Shown piece after piece: positions 26,401-36,506 of a stretch of 48,021 bases of DNA. A program made the position numbers and the translations under genes. The notes beneath the pieces were generated by a model. It made no database searches, was not told where the DNA came from, and saw only the letters and a list, made by a program, of their open reading frames with translations. Position 1 is the first letter of the stretch, and each line of letters begins with the position of its first letter. The DNA comes from Bacteroidales bacterium (GTDB lineage Bacteria > Bacteroidota > Bacteroidia > Bacteroidales > UBA12170): the NCBI GenBank assembly GCA_003445975.1, contig DMBV01000051.1, forward strand, positions 1-48,021, written 5' to 3'.

Positions 26401-26886
26401 GAAACGATGCATCATCCGCTTTTAAGCAACCGGAAGGGCGTTTCGCTTGAGCGGCTTTCGCCCGACGAAGAAACCAACAAAGCAAGCAATTGGTCGTCGG
26501 CAGCAGCAGATGTAAATTACGGAACGCCAACCTATCAAAATTCTCAATTTCAAGCAGCCGGTGAAACGGATGACCTATTTCAAATTTCACCCGAACTATT
26601 TTCGCCCGACATGGACGGAATTGATGATATTTTGCAGGTCAATTACAATTTTTCGCAAAGCGGATATACCCTAAATTTGCTTATTTTCAATGCACAAGGA
26701 CAGCAAATCAATCATTTGGTGAAAAATGAATTAATGGGAACAACCGGTCAGATTTTCTGGAATGGGACAAGCGAAAACGGCGATAAAGCGCCAATCGGAA
26801 TCTATATTCTTTATTTCGAGTACTTTGATTTAAGCGGCAAAGTGGAGAAATTGAAAAAAATCTGTGTCTTGGGCGGAAAACTATAA
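23488..26886 (+). CDS. Secreted lamin-tail-domain / Ig-like repeat protein with a gliding-motility-type (T9SS) C-terminal domain
   Basis: Three LTD starts (DVVFNEVMADP, DVIISEIMADP, DIVINEILFD), each followed by a SLE...NW...GTP...NS motif, with Ig-like spacers. The C-terminus reads FSPDMDGIDD...IFNAQG...WNGT..NG..APIGIYI. Confidence 0.8.
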   Translation: MKTRLFLFLLLPMMAWSQIFDNFSDANFTANPIWVGEQNVFKINSSFQLQLNQLTPRTDRADTAYLSTFLGLSDSLEWSFSIRLAYSPSDNNNARVYLIADGSNLENALNGYYLQFGEAGSLDAVELFRQQGTQIQSICRGTAAKVAAAFDSNIKVVYKKDGSWVVWADWNKSGVFVQECSGQSTSAITNPYFGYFCKFTSSNATKFYLDNVQVNSIYVDLVSPIAEKVEVVAPNQLRVKFNEALDPISAENRLNYFVQENEQNPGTAQLLVESPMEVNLTFEDDFIANKTYTLVLSAVKDKAGNQMESTLLNFVYGKAELNDVVFNEVMADPSPVVGLPDIEYLEIYNRASYSVNLTNWKLKIGDTEKTFPSMTLNAGEYLILCGTTQAITMAAYGKVAAFASFLLLNAAQTVALIDENNQTIDELTYSETWYADAVKLNGGWSLEKIQPDNICLITENWKANVSSSGGTPGARNSVFSETVVVPKINSVLLKNDSVLSVSFNQTMNPISLLNVQNYVVNNAIENPSTVLLSSAFQTCELHFESKFSLGIKYQLLISSALENCIGQYLSGELVFSFELPKTAEYGDVIISEIMADPSPVQALPEVEYIELYNRTNYPILLNGWRIEMGASKYTLADYTLAANSFVLLSHADAVARLATFGNVLGFSSFTLANTGTAIVLKNPSNQLIHYINYSDSWYGDNLKAEGGWSLEMISTNHFCEQSGNWLASQNANGGTPGSTNSLGHIQADYQSPQLLQIEVLDENTLSLVFSKSMDSLALKNPQNYSADNGLGNPAFVAIFAPEYSMAKLSFATNFAENKIYQLELSNSVVGCCGVEIQNPHKLFALPQEPEIDDIVINEILFDSWLDNGEFIELFNRSSKVIESKQLLLSRIVVNALDTTYYTAQLNAGQIFPEEYLVICKNKESVLLEYAVENPDNLFANAAFPLLSNTEGTILLSKALNRSKVIDIFSYKETMHHPLLSNRKGVSLERLSPDEETNKASNWSSAAADVNYGTPTYQNSQFQAAGETDDLFQISPELFSPDMDGIDDILQVNYNFSQSGYTLNLLIFNAQGQQINHLVKNELMGTTGQIFWNGTSENGDKAPIGIYILYFEYFDLSGKVEKLKKICVLGGKL

Positions 26887-26902
26887 ATCGTTCTATTCGA
26901 CA

Positions 26903-27697
26903 ATGGAAAATTCGCTCCAACTCAATCGGTTTTACTTTAAAATTACAGACTGCAAAACGCATGAATACAATATTCTTATTCGTTCGGAGTCGAACCAGCA
27001 GCAAGTTCAAATTGGATATACTCCTCTTACAAAATCATTGGTTTTTTTGGAACAATCTCCTTTTTCCGACTATTTGAAATTGCACGAACATCAATTGCGA
27101 AAGATGTTGCACAACAAGCGTCCAGACACATTTTATGTGGGATTTGAATTGTATTTTGTATTGTGGGAAAACAAAGACATGACCGCCTTTAGCAATAGGT
27201 CCGCAATATTGGTGGTGGATAGAAGTGCCGACGAACGGAAAATTTTTGTGTTGAAAAGCGAAACCCAAACCCCAACCAGAGTATATACCGATGGATCTTT
27301 TTTAGAGAAAAAAGGAAAAGGAGGCTATGTGGTTTTGATAAAAAGACCAAACAAAAACTACCAATTGCACACCTACGAATCGGGCAAGAAAAGCAGCTCG
27401 TTGATAGAATTGGAAGCAGCCATAAAAAGCTTGGAAATATTGAAAGACGTAAAACACATTCGTATCATTAGTGATAGTCAGTATGTTCGTAAAGGACTTA
27501 CCGCGTGGGTTCCAATTTGGGAGTTGAACGATTGGCGCACGGTAAATGGAGAAAAGGTGAAAAACATCACCTACTGGAAATATTTTGATGTGCTCACCAT
27601 GGGAAAACGAATCGAATTTGAATGGGTCAAAGCACACGCCAATCATTTTGAAAATACCCTTTGCGATTTGTATGCAAAAAAACTTGCTTCGTCATAA
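26903..27697 (+). CDS. rnhA: Ribonuclease HI with an uncharacterised N-terminal extension of about 125 aa
   Basis: VYTDGS, IELEAAI, ISDSQYVRKG..W...W..N.WRT..GE.VKN and WVKAH...N..CD motifs. Start re-called at ATG 26903. Confidence 0.85.
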   Translation: MENSLQLNRFYFKITDCKTHEYNILIRSESNQQQVQIGYTPLTKSLVFLEQSPFSDYLKLHEHQLRKMLHNKRPDTFYVGFELYFVLWENKDMTAFSNRSAILVVDRSADERKIFVLKSETQTPTRVYTDGSFLEKKGKGGYVVLIKRPNKNYQLHTYESGKKSSSLIELEAAIKSLEILKDVKHIRIISDSQYVRKGLTAWVPIWELNDWRTVNGEKVKNITYWKYFDVLTMGKRIEFEWVKAHANHFENTLCDLYAKKLASS

Positions 27698-27838
27698 TAA
27701 AATCTGTTTGAAAAAGAAAATTTCTATTTCGTTAAAAGCTTTAATTTTGTAAAAAAAATGAATCAGTTCGCAACACTTTCTTGTTGAAGTGTTTTCCGAA
27801 AAAAAACAGTACAGATAGCTTAAACAAATGATGATAGT

Positions 27839-29314
27839 ATGCAAAACGATTTGAAAATATACAATACGCTCCATCGAAGAAAGGAGGTATTTGAGCCTAT
27901 CAATACGCCGCATGTTGGAATGTATGTGTGTGGTCCAACGGTATATGGCGATGCACATTTAGGGCATTCTCGCCCTGCTATCACTTTCGATATTGTTTTT
28001 CGGTATTTGCAGGAATTGGGATACAAAGTGCGCTATGTTCGGAATATTACCGATGTTGGTCATTTAGAAAATGACGCCGATTCGGGCGAAGATAAAATAG
28101 CAAAAAAGGCCCGACTCGAACAAGTAGAGCCAATGGAAATAGTTCAGTATTATTCGGATCGCTACCATTACGACATGGATTTGCTTAACATAAAAAAACC
28201 CAGTATCGAACCGCGCGCTTCGGGGCATATCATTGAGCAAATTGAAATGGTCAAAAAAATTCTCGATTCCGGTTATGCTTACGAAAGAAACGGATCCGTC
28301 TATTTTAACGTAGGTGCTTATGCAGAAAAATTCCCTTATGGTGAACTGTCAGGCAGAAAGTACGAAGAGCTGATCGAAAACACCCGTGAGCTTGCCGGAC
28401 AAGAAGAGAAATTGAATAGTGCCGATTTTGCTCTTTGGAAGAAAGCGGCTCCAGAACACATTATGCGCTGGACATCGCCTTGGAGCGAAGGCTTTCCGGG
28501 CTGGCACATGGAATGCTCGGCCATGAGCAAAAAATATTTGGGCAATCGGTTCGATATTCATGGTGGAGGTATGGATTTGATGTTTCCTCATCATGAATCC
28601 GAAATTGCACAATCAAAAGCGGCAAACAAAGGCGAAGAACCCGTTAAGTATTGGATGCATAACAATATGATTACCATCAACGGTCAAAAAATGGGAAAAT
28701 CGTTGGGGAATTTTATCACCTTGCAAGAGCTTTTCTCGGGGAATAACAAAATATTGGAAAAAGCTTACAGCCCAATGAATATACGCTTTTTTATACTGCA
28801 AGCGCATTATCGTTCTCCTTTGGATTTTTCAAACGAAGCATTGCAAGCTGCCGAAAAAGGATTGGATAAGCTTATGGCGGCGGCCGAGCTTTTGACAAAG
28901 CTAAAACCCCAAGAAAAATCCGGCTTTGATGTCGATCACTGGATAGCCAAATGTTATGAAGCCATGAACGACGACTTCAACACCCCAATTCTGATTGCTC
29001 ATTTGTTTGAGGCCGTTCGGGTTGTGAACTCCGTGAATGCCAGATTGGAAACTATTTCAGCGCACGATTTAGAAAAACTTCAAGCCAAATTCAAGCTTTT
29101 TGTTTTCGATATTTTGGGATTAGAAACGGAAAGCGAAAACAATGAACAATCCGCGTTGCTGGATGGAGTGATGAACACCATTATCGAACTGCGTCAACAA
29201 GCCAAACATAGAAAAGACTGGCCAACTGCCGACTTAATTCGAAACGAATTGACAAAACTGAACATTTCTCTTAAAGATACCAAAGAAGGAACCGAATGGT
29301 TTGTCGATAAATAA
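27839..29314 (+). CDS. cysS: Cysteine--tRNA ligase
   Basis: [45 protein letters not shown] and KMGKS motifs. Confidence 0.98.
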   Translation: MQNDLKIYNTLHRRKEVFEPINTPHVGMYVCGPTVYGDAHLGHSRPAITFDIVFRYLQELGYKVRYVRNITDVGHLENDADSGEDKIAKKARLEQVEPMEIVQYYSDRYHYDMDLLNIKKPSIEPRASGHIIEQIEMVKKILDSGYAYERNGSVYFNVGAYAEKFPYGELSGRKYEELIENTRELAGQEEKLNSADFALWKKAAPEHIMRWTSPWSEGFPGWHMECSAMSKKYLGNRFDIHGGGMDLMFPHHESEIAQSKAANKGEEPVKYWMHNNMITINGQKMGKSLGNFITLQELFSGNNKILEKAYSPMNIRFFILQAHYRSPLDFSNEALQAAEKGLDKLMAAAELLTKLKPQEKSGFDVDHWIAKCYEAMNDDFNTPILIAHLFEAVRVVNSVNARLETISAHDLEKLQAKFKLFVFDILGLETESENNEQSALLDGVMNTIIELRQQAKHRKDWPTADLIRNELTKLNISLKDTKEGTEWFVDK

Positions 29315-29415
29315 ATGGCTTCGTTTGCTCATCGAATTTAAACAAACTCAGTTAAAATAGGACAAGCGCACAAAAAATACGTATCTTGTTTTGTTAATCT
29401 TAAAAATTATATACC

Positions 29416-29835
29416 ATGGCAGGAATTAATAAAGTTATTTTGGTTGGTCATTTGGGCCGCGATCCGGAAGTGATGACCTTTGACAATGGCACAAAAAAAG
29501 CCACTTTTTCGATGGCAACAACAGAAAGCTATCGGGATAAAGATGGCAATTGGCAAGAACAAACAGAATGGCACAACATAGTGCTCTGGCGTTATTTGGC
29601 CGAAAAAAACCTCATTAAAGGGGATCAGATTTACCTAGAAGGACGATTAAGGTCACGTTCGTACGACGATGCAAACGGCGTAAAGAAATACATCACCGAA
29701 ATACAGGGCGATAAAGTATTGAAACTGAGCTCGTCGGGCATTACACACGCAGCAAATCAGGCCGCTTCGCCAAGTTCAAATGTGGTACAAAGCTTGGAAT
29801 CTGAAATGGGTGGTGGCGACGATTTGCCCTTCTAA
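29416..29835 (+). CDS. ssb: Single-stranded DNA-binding protein
   Basis: [24 protein letters not shown] and the acidic tail DDLPF. Confidence 0.97.
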   Translation: MAGINKVILVGHLGRDPEVMTFDNGTKKATFSMATTESYRDKDGNWQEQTEWHNIVLWRYLAEKNLIKGDQIYLEGRLRSRSYDDANGVKKYITEIQGDKVLKLSSSGITHAANQAASPSSNVVQSLESEMGGGDDLPF

Positions 29836-29893
29836 GTTTTAAACAAATTAAGTATTCAGTACATGAAGAGGGGAATGGGGAGGAATTTAAAGT

Positions 29894-31123
29894 ATGAAAT
29901 TTGACGATTACAAAATCTCGGATGAACTGAAAGAGAGCATCCGAAAGCTAGGCTTTAAACGACCTACCGACATTCAATTCAAGTCGATACAGCCGATACT
30001 TTCGGGCGACGATGTGTTGGCAATTGCGCAAACAGGTACCGGAAAAACGGCTGCTTTTGCAATTCCAATCATCGATTTATTGCATTATCATAAATTGAAC
30101 CAAAGGCGAAACGATGGAATTAGGGCAATAGTCATGGTTCCCACGCGCGAATTGGCCATTCAAATCACAGAAGTTTTCAATGCGCTTGAGCAAGGAACAA
30201 CAGTGCGTACCTTTGGCGTTTTTGGAGGAGTAGATCAAGATCCTCAGATTGCTGAACTACAAAAAGGCTTTGATATTTTGGTTGCCACGCCCGGACGGCT
30301 GTTCGATTTGGTAAGCCAAGGATATCTTCAGTTGCATCGCATTCAATACCTTATTTTGGATGAAGCCGACCATATGTTGGCGCTGGGATTTATAAAAGAT
30401 ATCAGGCAGTTGATTACTTTTTTGCCAAAAAAACGCCAAACGCTTTTCTTTTCGGCAACCATCGATAAAGAGATAAAAAAGCTAGCCTATTCGCTGGTTA
30501 CTAACCCTATACGAATTCAAATTTCGCCAAATGATCCGGTTTCGAAAAACGTCAATCACAAAGTGGCTTTTGTTGAAATGGACGACAAACGATTTTTTCT
30601 TGAAAGATTGATAAAGGAAAACCCGGAATCGAAAATTTTGGTTTTTGTAAGAACGAAAGTGCGTGCAGAGCGCGTTGCTAAAGCGATGGAACGTGCAGAA
30701 ATTGCCGCCAAAACAATCCATGGCGATAAGGAGCAAAAAGACCGCAGCCATGTGATGAACGAATTCAAAAAAGGCGAAATAAAAGTATTGATTGCCACCG
30801 ATGTAAGCGCCAGAGGAATTGATGTTGATCGCGTAGAGTTTGTAGTGAATTACGATTTGCCCGATCAGGCCGAAAATTATGTACATCGTGTGGGAAGAAC
30901 GGGCCGTGGCGATCATCGTGGGTTTGCTATTTCGTTCTGTGCCAAAGAAGAAATGCCGCTTTTAGAAGCCATTGAAGATTATATTGGGAAGCCCGTTTAT
31001 GTGAACGAAATTTCTAAGGATGACTATGTTACTACCAAAGAGTTGTCGGAAGAAAATCCGGCCGACTGGAAATCGTTGATGCAAAAACCACTTCCCATCA
31101 AAAAGAAAAAAAAGCGTAAGTAA
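29894..31123 (+). CDS. DEAD-box RNA helicase
   Basis: AQTGTGKT, PTRELA, ATPGRL, LDEAD, FSAT, ATDVSARGID and YVHRVGRTGR motifs. Confidence 0.96.
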   Translation: MKFDDYKISDELKESIRKLGFKRPTDIQFKSIQPILSGDDVLAIAQTGTGKTAAFAIPIIDLLHYHKLNQRRNDGIRAIVMVPTRELAIQITEVFNALEQGTTVRTFGVFGGVDQDPQIAELQKGFDILVATPGRLFDLVSQGYLQLHRIQYLILDEADHMLALGFIKDIRQLITFLPKKRQTLFFSATIDKEIKKLAYSLVTNPIRIQISPNDPVSKNVNHKVAFVEMDDKRFFLERLIKENPESKILVFVRTKVRAERVAKAMERAEIAAKTIHGDKEQKDRSHVMNEFKKGEIKVLIATDVSARGIDVDRVEFVVNYDLPDQAENYVHRVGRTGRGDHRGFAISFCAKEEMPLLEAIEDYIGKPVYVNEISKDDYVTTKELSEENPADWKSLMQKPLPIKKKKKRK

Positions 31124-31219
31124 GAGAAGCGTATCTAGTATCGTTGAAAAAGCCTGTCAAAAAAAAGCGTATCCAATAGCGGATTCAAAGCTGAGCGCGA
31201 AGGATATTTGACATGCAAA

Positions 31220-31263
31220 AAATCTGCTTTCCTTTTTGCCTAAGCATGAAGAAAAGCAGATTT
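31220..31263. terminator. Inverted repeat between convergent genes, possible bidirectional terminator
   Basis: AAATCTGCTTT (31220-31230) and AAAGCAGATTT (31253-31263). Confidence 0.5.
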
Positions 31264-31287
31264 CTCAATCAAGACTATTTGAAAAAG

Positions 31288-34095
31288 TTATTTTAATTTC
31301 AGTCTCAAATTTTTTCCTTTTTCGGAAGCAGGAATTCCATCCATCATCCATTCCGGAGCCGGTGCTCCCTTAAGATAATGATCAAAAAATTGACTCATTC
31401 GGATTGTGAAATCAACTTGTTCGGAACGTTTTTCGGTTAAATTATGGGGCGCTCCGTTGTAATTGAGCAGCCAAGCCGGTTTTCCCAAACGACGCATCGC
31501 CACAAACATTTCGATTCCTTGATACCAAGGCACAGCTCCGTCAGCATCGCAAGAGCGAATCATCAGAGGTGTGGAAATTTTTGGTGCATAAAACAAGGGA
31601 GAATTTTCGATATACAACATTGGTTTTTCCCACAAAGTTCCGCCAATACGACTTTGTGTTTCTTCGTACTGAAACATCCGAACAACACCGCTTTCCCAAC
31701 GGATTCCGCCGTACGCGCTGGTCATATTCGAAACAGGAGCGCCCACATTGGCGGCTTTAAATAAATCGGTTTGAGTAACGATATAAAGTGCTTGATAGCC
31801 TCCCCAACTCTGGCCTTGTATGCCAATATTTTCCTTATCGACAAATCCTTTATCCACCAAAGCTAATGTGCCACTCACAACATAATTGTAGGCACTTTGT
31901 CCGGGATATCCTTCTTTGTAATAAATATTTGGCATAAAAACCAAATAGCCATTGCTTACATATTCCGTTGGATTGATAACAGAGCGGCTTGGCGAAGGAA
32001 CATAATGAGAAAACAAATTGTCCGAATGCAGATCGTAGAAATAGACAATCATCGGATATTTTTTTGCCGGGTCGAAATTTTCGGGTTTATACAACAATCC
32101 TTCTACTTCGTCGCCGTCCATATTTGTCCATTTTACTAGTTCTACGCTTCCCCAAGAATAATCCTTTTGCTGCGGGTTGGCAGTGGACAATTTGGTTTCG
32201 TTTTTGAAATCCAGGCTGCTCGACCAAAGATCGTAATAGTTAGTAAAATTTCCTCTCTGAAATAGAATACGGTCGGCTTTTTTTGCTTTTGCAGGGTTTA
32301 AATAACGGAAATTGCCAAGCGTTAGTTCCTTTAAAGCGCCCGATTTAAAATCAGTCGTGTAAAATCCGGATTGTTTGCTTGTTTTGTTTTGTGCTTGAAG
32401 TAGAATTGGTTTTTGAACGTTTATCCATTCTTCTTCGTCATCAAGGCGCAAATACCGAAGTTCAGTATTGTTTTTGCGTCCAAATCCGGAAGTCAGATTT
32501 CGCACTTTTTCTTTTCCGCTTGGATCGGCCAGCCATAAATCGTATTTATCGTAGATAATAATTCCCTTGTCGTCGGCAGTCCATCCGGCAAGGCCATAAT
32601 CGTAGGGGTTTTGAGGCATATCAAATTTTTCGTCGTAAAGAGGATTTTTTATCTCTGCACTTAAGCAAACTGTATTTCCGCCAATAACGGGTTTTGCATA
32701 CCAATTACTGTCTTCGTTGGCATACCAATATACATATTTGCCATTTGGCGATAAGCCAAAGCGCGATTGAATTTCTTTGAGAAGCAAGGTTTTCTTCCCA
32801 GTATTGACATCCACAGCATACACATCTCTATATCCGGGGCTTTCCCACGACGACCGCATGCGATAAGCGCGATTGTCTGTTCCCAAAGCAATATCCGAAT
32901 TGCCTTTGAGCATTGGACGAACATCTTCCATTTCTTTGGAAGCAAGTTGGATAATTGTATTCGTTTTTAGATTGTAAACACTTAAAAAGCTCTTGTTTGG
33001 TTCCCGATTGAGCTGAATAAGTTGTTGTGGTTGCAGATAATCGTCTTGCCAATGCCATAAATCCAAGTTCACTTTTTCGTCGGGCAATAAAGTGTCTTTG
33101 ATCTCTTTTTCAGCTTTGGGGCCAACGCCGAAATACAACTTTTCGTCGTTGCGCGAAAAGTACAATTTGGCATTCACGCTTGGGATGTATTTGTCAGAAA
33201 AAAGACTTGTATTGGTGTCGGCAATTGTTTTGACAGCCTGCAGTTTGATAGAATAATTGTGCAAATTATAGAGTTTTCGCTTTGCGGTATCTTGCGTACT
33301 GAAAAAAGCTAAATTATTTCCTCCGTTATCGGCACTCAGTTTTTTCAGCAATCCTTCCAATGCGTAAACTTCTGTACTTATTTCTTTTTTAGTGTCGAAA
33401 ATAAAAAGTTTTGAAAGTGGCAAGCTGTCACGTTTGAAAGTGCTGAAACCTACCAGTTTTCCGTTTCGCGAAACATTAAATTCTACCACATCTTTGAACT
33501 CATGTTTTGTCCCACTGATCGGGTTCATAATGTAAAGTGTGTTTGTTTTTGGATCGTCCTTAGGTGCTTTTTTCTTGGAATCGGGTTTTTTCTTTTCCTC
33601 TTTTTTTTCAGTGGTGTCTTTTTTTGCCTCTTCGGGTTTTAGTGTAAACGCAAGCCAATTAGCTTCCTCAGTAGCCACTTCTACAGAAATCAAATTCGCA
33701 AAATAGCTCAGTTGTCCCGATTTAAGGTTTAAGATAAAGAGCGAATCTTTTGGAAGCTCATCCGCTTTCTTTTTCTTCAATTTAAGATCGCGCACTTTTT
33801 TATATTCTGCTTTTACCTGAAAAACAAAAAAATCTTCTGTTTCGGGAAACACAGCTTTGTATCCGCGTGGAAATATCCGTTCGTTCGACCCGTCGAAATG
33901 ACTGAAAACGAGTTTCCCGTTGCCCACTTGTGGATTGATTTCGAAACTAACAAAATTCCCATTTGAAGAGATTGCTTTTGATGAAACGCTTTTCCAATCG
34001 TCGTAATCGGCAGTTGAGAGTGTTTTTTTGCTTTGAGCAAAAGAGCTGAAAAGGCCAAAAAACAAAAAGGCCATAATAAGAAAAAAATAACGCAT
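31288..34095 (-). CDS. S9 family (prolyl oligopeptidase / acylaminoacyl peptidase-like) secreted peptidase
   Basis: Signal peptide, beta-propeller region, nucleophile GQSWGG, D.DGAVPWYQGIE and catalytic His in GAPHN. Confidence 0.92.
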   Translation of the reverse strand: MRYFFLIMAFLFFGLFSSFAQSKKTLSTADYDDWKSVSSKAISSNGNFVSFEINPQVGNGKLVFSHFDGSNERIFPRGYKAVFPETEDFFVFQVKAEYKKVRDLKLKKKKADELPKDSLFILNLKSGQLSYFANLISVEVATEEANWLAFTLKPEEAKKDTTEKKEEKKKPDSKKKAPKDDPKTNTLYIMNPISGTKHEFKDVVEFNVSRNGKLVGFSTFKRDSLPLSKLFIFDTKKEISTEVYALEGLLKKLSADNGGNNLAFFSTQDTAKRKLYNLHNYSIKLQAVKTIADTNTSLFSDKYIPSVNAKLYFSRNDEKLYFGVGPKAEKEIKDTLLPDEKVNLDLWHWQDDYLQPQQLIQLNREPNKSFLSVYNLKTNTIIQLASKEMEDVRPMLKGNSDIALGTDNRAYRMRSSWESPGYRDVYAVDVNTGKKTLLLKEIQSRFGLSPNGKYVYWYANEDSNWYAKPVIGGNTVCLSAEIKNPLYDEKFDMPQNPYDYGLAGWTADDKGIIIYDKYDLWLADPSGKEKVRNLTSGFGRKNNTELRYLRLDDEEEWINVQKPILLQAQNKTSKQSGFYTTDFKSGALKELTLGNFRYLNPAKAKKADRILFQRGNFTNYYDLWSSSLDFKNETKLSTANPQQKDYSWGSVELVKWTNMDGDEVEGLLYKPENFDPAKKYPMIVYFYDLHSDNLFSHYVPSPSRSVINPTEYVSNGYLVFMPNIYYKEGYPGQSAYNYVVSGTLALVDKGFVDKENIGIQGQSWGGYQALYIVTQTDLFKAANVGAPVSNMTSAYGGIRWESGVVRMFQYEETQSRIGGTLWEKPMLYIENSPLFYAPKISTPLMIRSCDADGAVPWYQGIEMFVAMRRLGKPAWLLNYNGAPHNLTEKRSEQVDFTIRMSQFFDHYLKGAPAPEWMMDGIPASEKGKNLRLKLK

Positions 34096-34311
34096 GGTTT
34101 ATGATGTTGTTGGTTAATTGCTCGCTAAAGTACAAATTTTAGTTTGTCGTACGCTTTTCTTGTACATCAAATTGTAGTGGCAATGAGTAGCTGAAAAAAT
34201 ATTGATGTATCTTCGTACAGGAAAATCAAAAAAAACAATAGCAAGCGGTGTCCTGCAACTCGGAACGATTGTTGTATAGACGTAACTTGATAATTTTAAA
34301 ATCAGATTCAA

Positions 34312-35037
34312 ATGAAACTTAAATTAAGCTTACTTCTTATTCTTAGTCTGTTTTTGGTACAACAGAATTTTGCTCAAGGGGCAAAGGCCAATAAAAAAAT
34401 CATTCTCAATGGATTGGTATTGGATGCGGGAGGGAATCCGGTTTCAAAAGCGGCCATTTTTGTAGATGGAAACAACTCGAATATTCTAAGCGATGCCGAT
34501 GGTCGTTTCTCGATAAAACTAAAACCCAAGACTAAAATAATTACTGTTTTCACTCTTTTTCATGGTGGAATAGAAGTGGCTTATCAGGGAGATACAGAAC
34601 TAACTTTCCATTTATCCACGGCAAATCCCCCGGCGAATAATCCGCTGAACGATCCGGTACAAGTGGAAGACGATCGTGTAAATGTGGGTTATGGAACAGC
34701 ACACAAACGCAATCTGACTACCAGCGTAGGAGAAGTGAATAAAGCTCATCTAAGAAGCACCCAGCAATATTCAACTATTTATGATATGATAAAAGGGGAA
34801 GTTCCGGGAGTTGTTGTAAACGGAAATAGCATTGTTATCCGTGGGCTTTCCTCCATTAATTTGAGCAGCGAGCCACTTTATGTTGTGAATGGCAGCCCCA
34901 TTAGCAATATCGCCGATATTTCCCCCAACGATGTCAAATCGATTTCTGTTTTAAAAGGTTCTTCTGCTGCAATATATGGCGCACGAGGTGCAAACGGAGT
35001 GATTGTAATCGTTTTGAAGAGTGCGGGCGATAATTAA
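34312..35037 (+). CDS. Stand-alone TonB-dependent receptor plug-domain protein (SusC-like N-terminus, no barrel)
   Basis: CarboxypepD-reg-like N-domain followed by a plug: IRG.SS.....PLYVVNG...ISPNDVKSISVLKGSSAAIYGARGANGVIVI, then a stop. Confidence 0.82.
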   Translation: MKLKLSLLLILSLFLVQQNFAQGAKANKKIILNGLVLDAGGNPVSKAAIFVDGNNSNILSDADGRFSIKLKPKTKIITVFTLFHGGIEVAYQGDTELTFHLSTANPPANNPLNDPVQVEDDRVNVGYGTAHKRNLTTSVGEVNKAHLRSTQQYSTIYDMIKGEVPGVVVNGNSIVIRGLSSINLSSEPLYVVNGSPISNIADISPNDVKSISVLKGSSAAIYGARGANGVIVIVLKSAGDN

Positions 35038-35066
35038 AGAGAATTTCGAACAATTCGTTTTGGCTT

Positions 35067-36212
35067 TTACTTGAATTTGTACAAGAGTTCAAACGCATGC
35101 GGCATTCGTTTTGCCCAATCCGATTCAAAATGACGCGCTTCCGAATCCAATATCCAGAAAAAATCTTTGTTTTTTACAAATCCGTTTTTTTTGAGAGCTT
35201 CGAGCATATCGTCAATTCCGGGCTGCAATTGTTCCTCGAGGCCAAGTCCTCCGTTATCGATGTAGAAAATAAGTTTTTTATGCTTTGCGTCATTCAATAC
35301 CCTTTGAACGTAATCAATGTTTTGCACTTTAAATGCGGGCGACAAGCAGAAAGCTTTTGAAAAAAGGTGTGGATATTCCCAAGCCAACATAAACGAAACC
35401 AGTCCGCCATACGACGATCCGCCAATTGCTGTGTTTTTTCTGGATGAAAGCGTACGGTAATTTGCGTCGATAAAGGGTTTTACAATTTCCGCCACAAATT
35501 TCATATACTTTTTGTTTTGCTCTCCCGGAGTATAATCGGCAGTACGTTCTGATGTATTGTAAATTCCCACAACGATAGGAATTTGAACTGTCCCCAATTT
35601 TGCCAAGCTGTCGAGCGTTTCGTCTATCTGCCAATCGACGCCAAACGAACTGGTTGCCGGATCAAAGAGATTTTGGCCGTCGTGCATATACAAAACAGGA
35701 TATTTCTTTCTTGGATTCAGTTCGTAATCAGAAGGCAATAACACGACGATGTCTCTGTCCAAAATCCCTTCTCCTTTCATTTGTCGATGGTAATTTACTT
35801 TTCCGGTAATTTCGCCTTTAAGCATACGCGGTTTTCCGTCGAGCCAGAAATAGATGTCATGCCTTACGCTCGTATTTTCTTTTGGTTTCAAAACAAAATT
35901 TTGCAAAGGCAAGCCATTGGCTCCAGCAGCTTCTTTTTCCCAACTGCCCAAAGTAAATTTATATTCTATTAAATCGGGAAATTCGCCCTGAATAGTTAGC
36001 CGCCACAAATGATTTCCTTTTGCTTCCATTTTTATAGAAGCGGGATTCCAATTTCCAAACTGTGCAATGCTGCCACTCACAAAAACCGCGCTGCTATCGG
36101 GCAAATCAGGCGAAAACAATTCGAAAACAAGCTCCTTTGCGCTTTGCGATTGAGCAATAGCTTGACTAGTCGCAAAAACGAAAGCCAAAACAAGCAGGAA
36201 TAGGCGTTTCAT
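35067..36212 (-). CDS. Alpha/beta hydrolase (putative esterase) with an N-terminal CBM20-like domain
   Basis: VFVSGS...GNWNP...IEYKFTLGSW (CBM20-like), YPVLYMHDGQNLFD and GGSSYGG. Confidence 0.85.
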   Translation of the reverse strand: MKRLFLLVLAFVFATSQAIAQSQSAKELVFELFSPDLPDSSAVFVSGSIAQFGNWNPASIKMEAKGNHLWRLTIQGEFPDLIEYKFTLGSWEKEAAGANGLPLQNFVLKPKENTSVRHDIYFWLDGKPRMLKGEITGKVNYHRQMKGEGILDRDIVVLLPSDYELNPRKKYPVLYMHDGQNLFDPATSSFGVDWQIDETLDSLAKLGTVQIPIVVGIYNTSERTADYTPGEQNKKYMKFVAEIVKPFIDANYRTLSSRKNTAIGGSSYGGLVSFMLAWEYPHLFSKAFCLSPAFKVQNIDYVQRVLNDAKHKKLIFYIDNGGLGLEEQLQPGIDDMLEALKKNGFVKNKDFFWILDSEARHFESDWAKRMPHAFELLYKFK

Positions 36213-36506
36213 GCAGTGGTTCTTTTAGATTTAACATCCGTACAAATAGCCTTTTAACAGCCAAAAACAAATGTCAGTTGAAAATATTTATAGAAAAAAC
36301 GATCCGTTTCAATCCAATGTTTAGGAGTGTCCGCGCACAACCATCATCATTATTTTCAGATTCAATCTGAAAAATTGATACACTTGATAAAAGAAGTTTC
36401 TGCGCCAACGCATAGTCCACCAAGTTGGTCGGGTAGCGAAGGCTTGACCGGAATACGGAATGTTTTTTAATCTTTCATGTATATTTGTCATCATTTCAAA
36501 TTTTTA

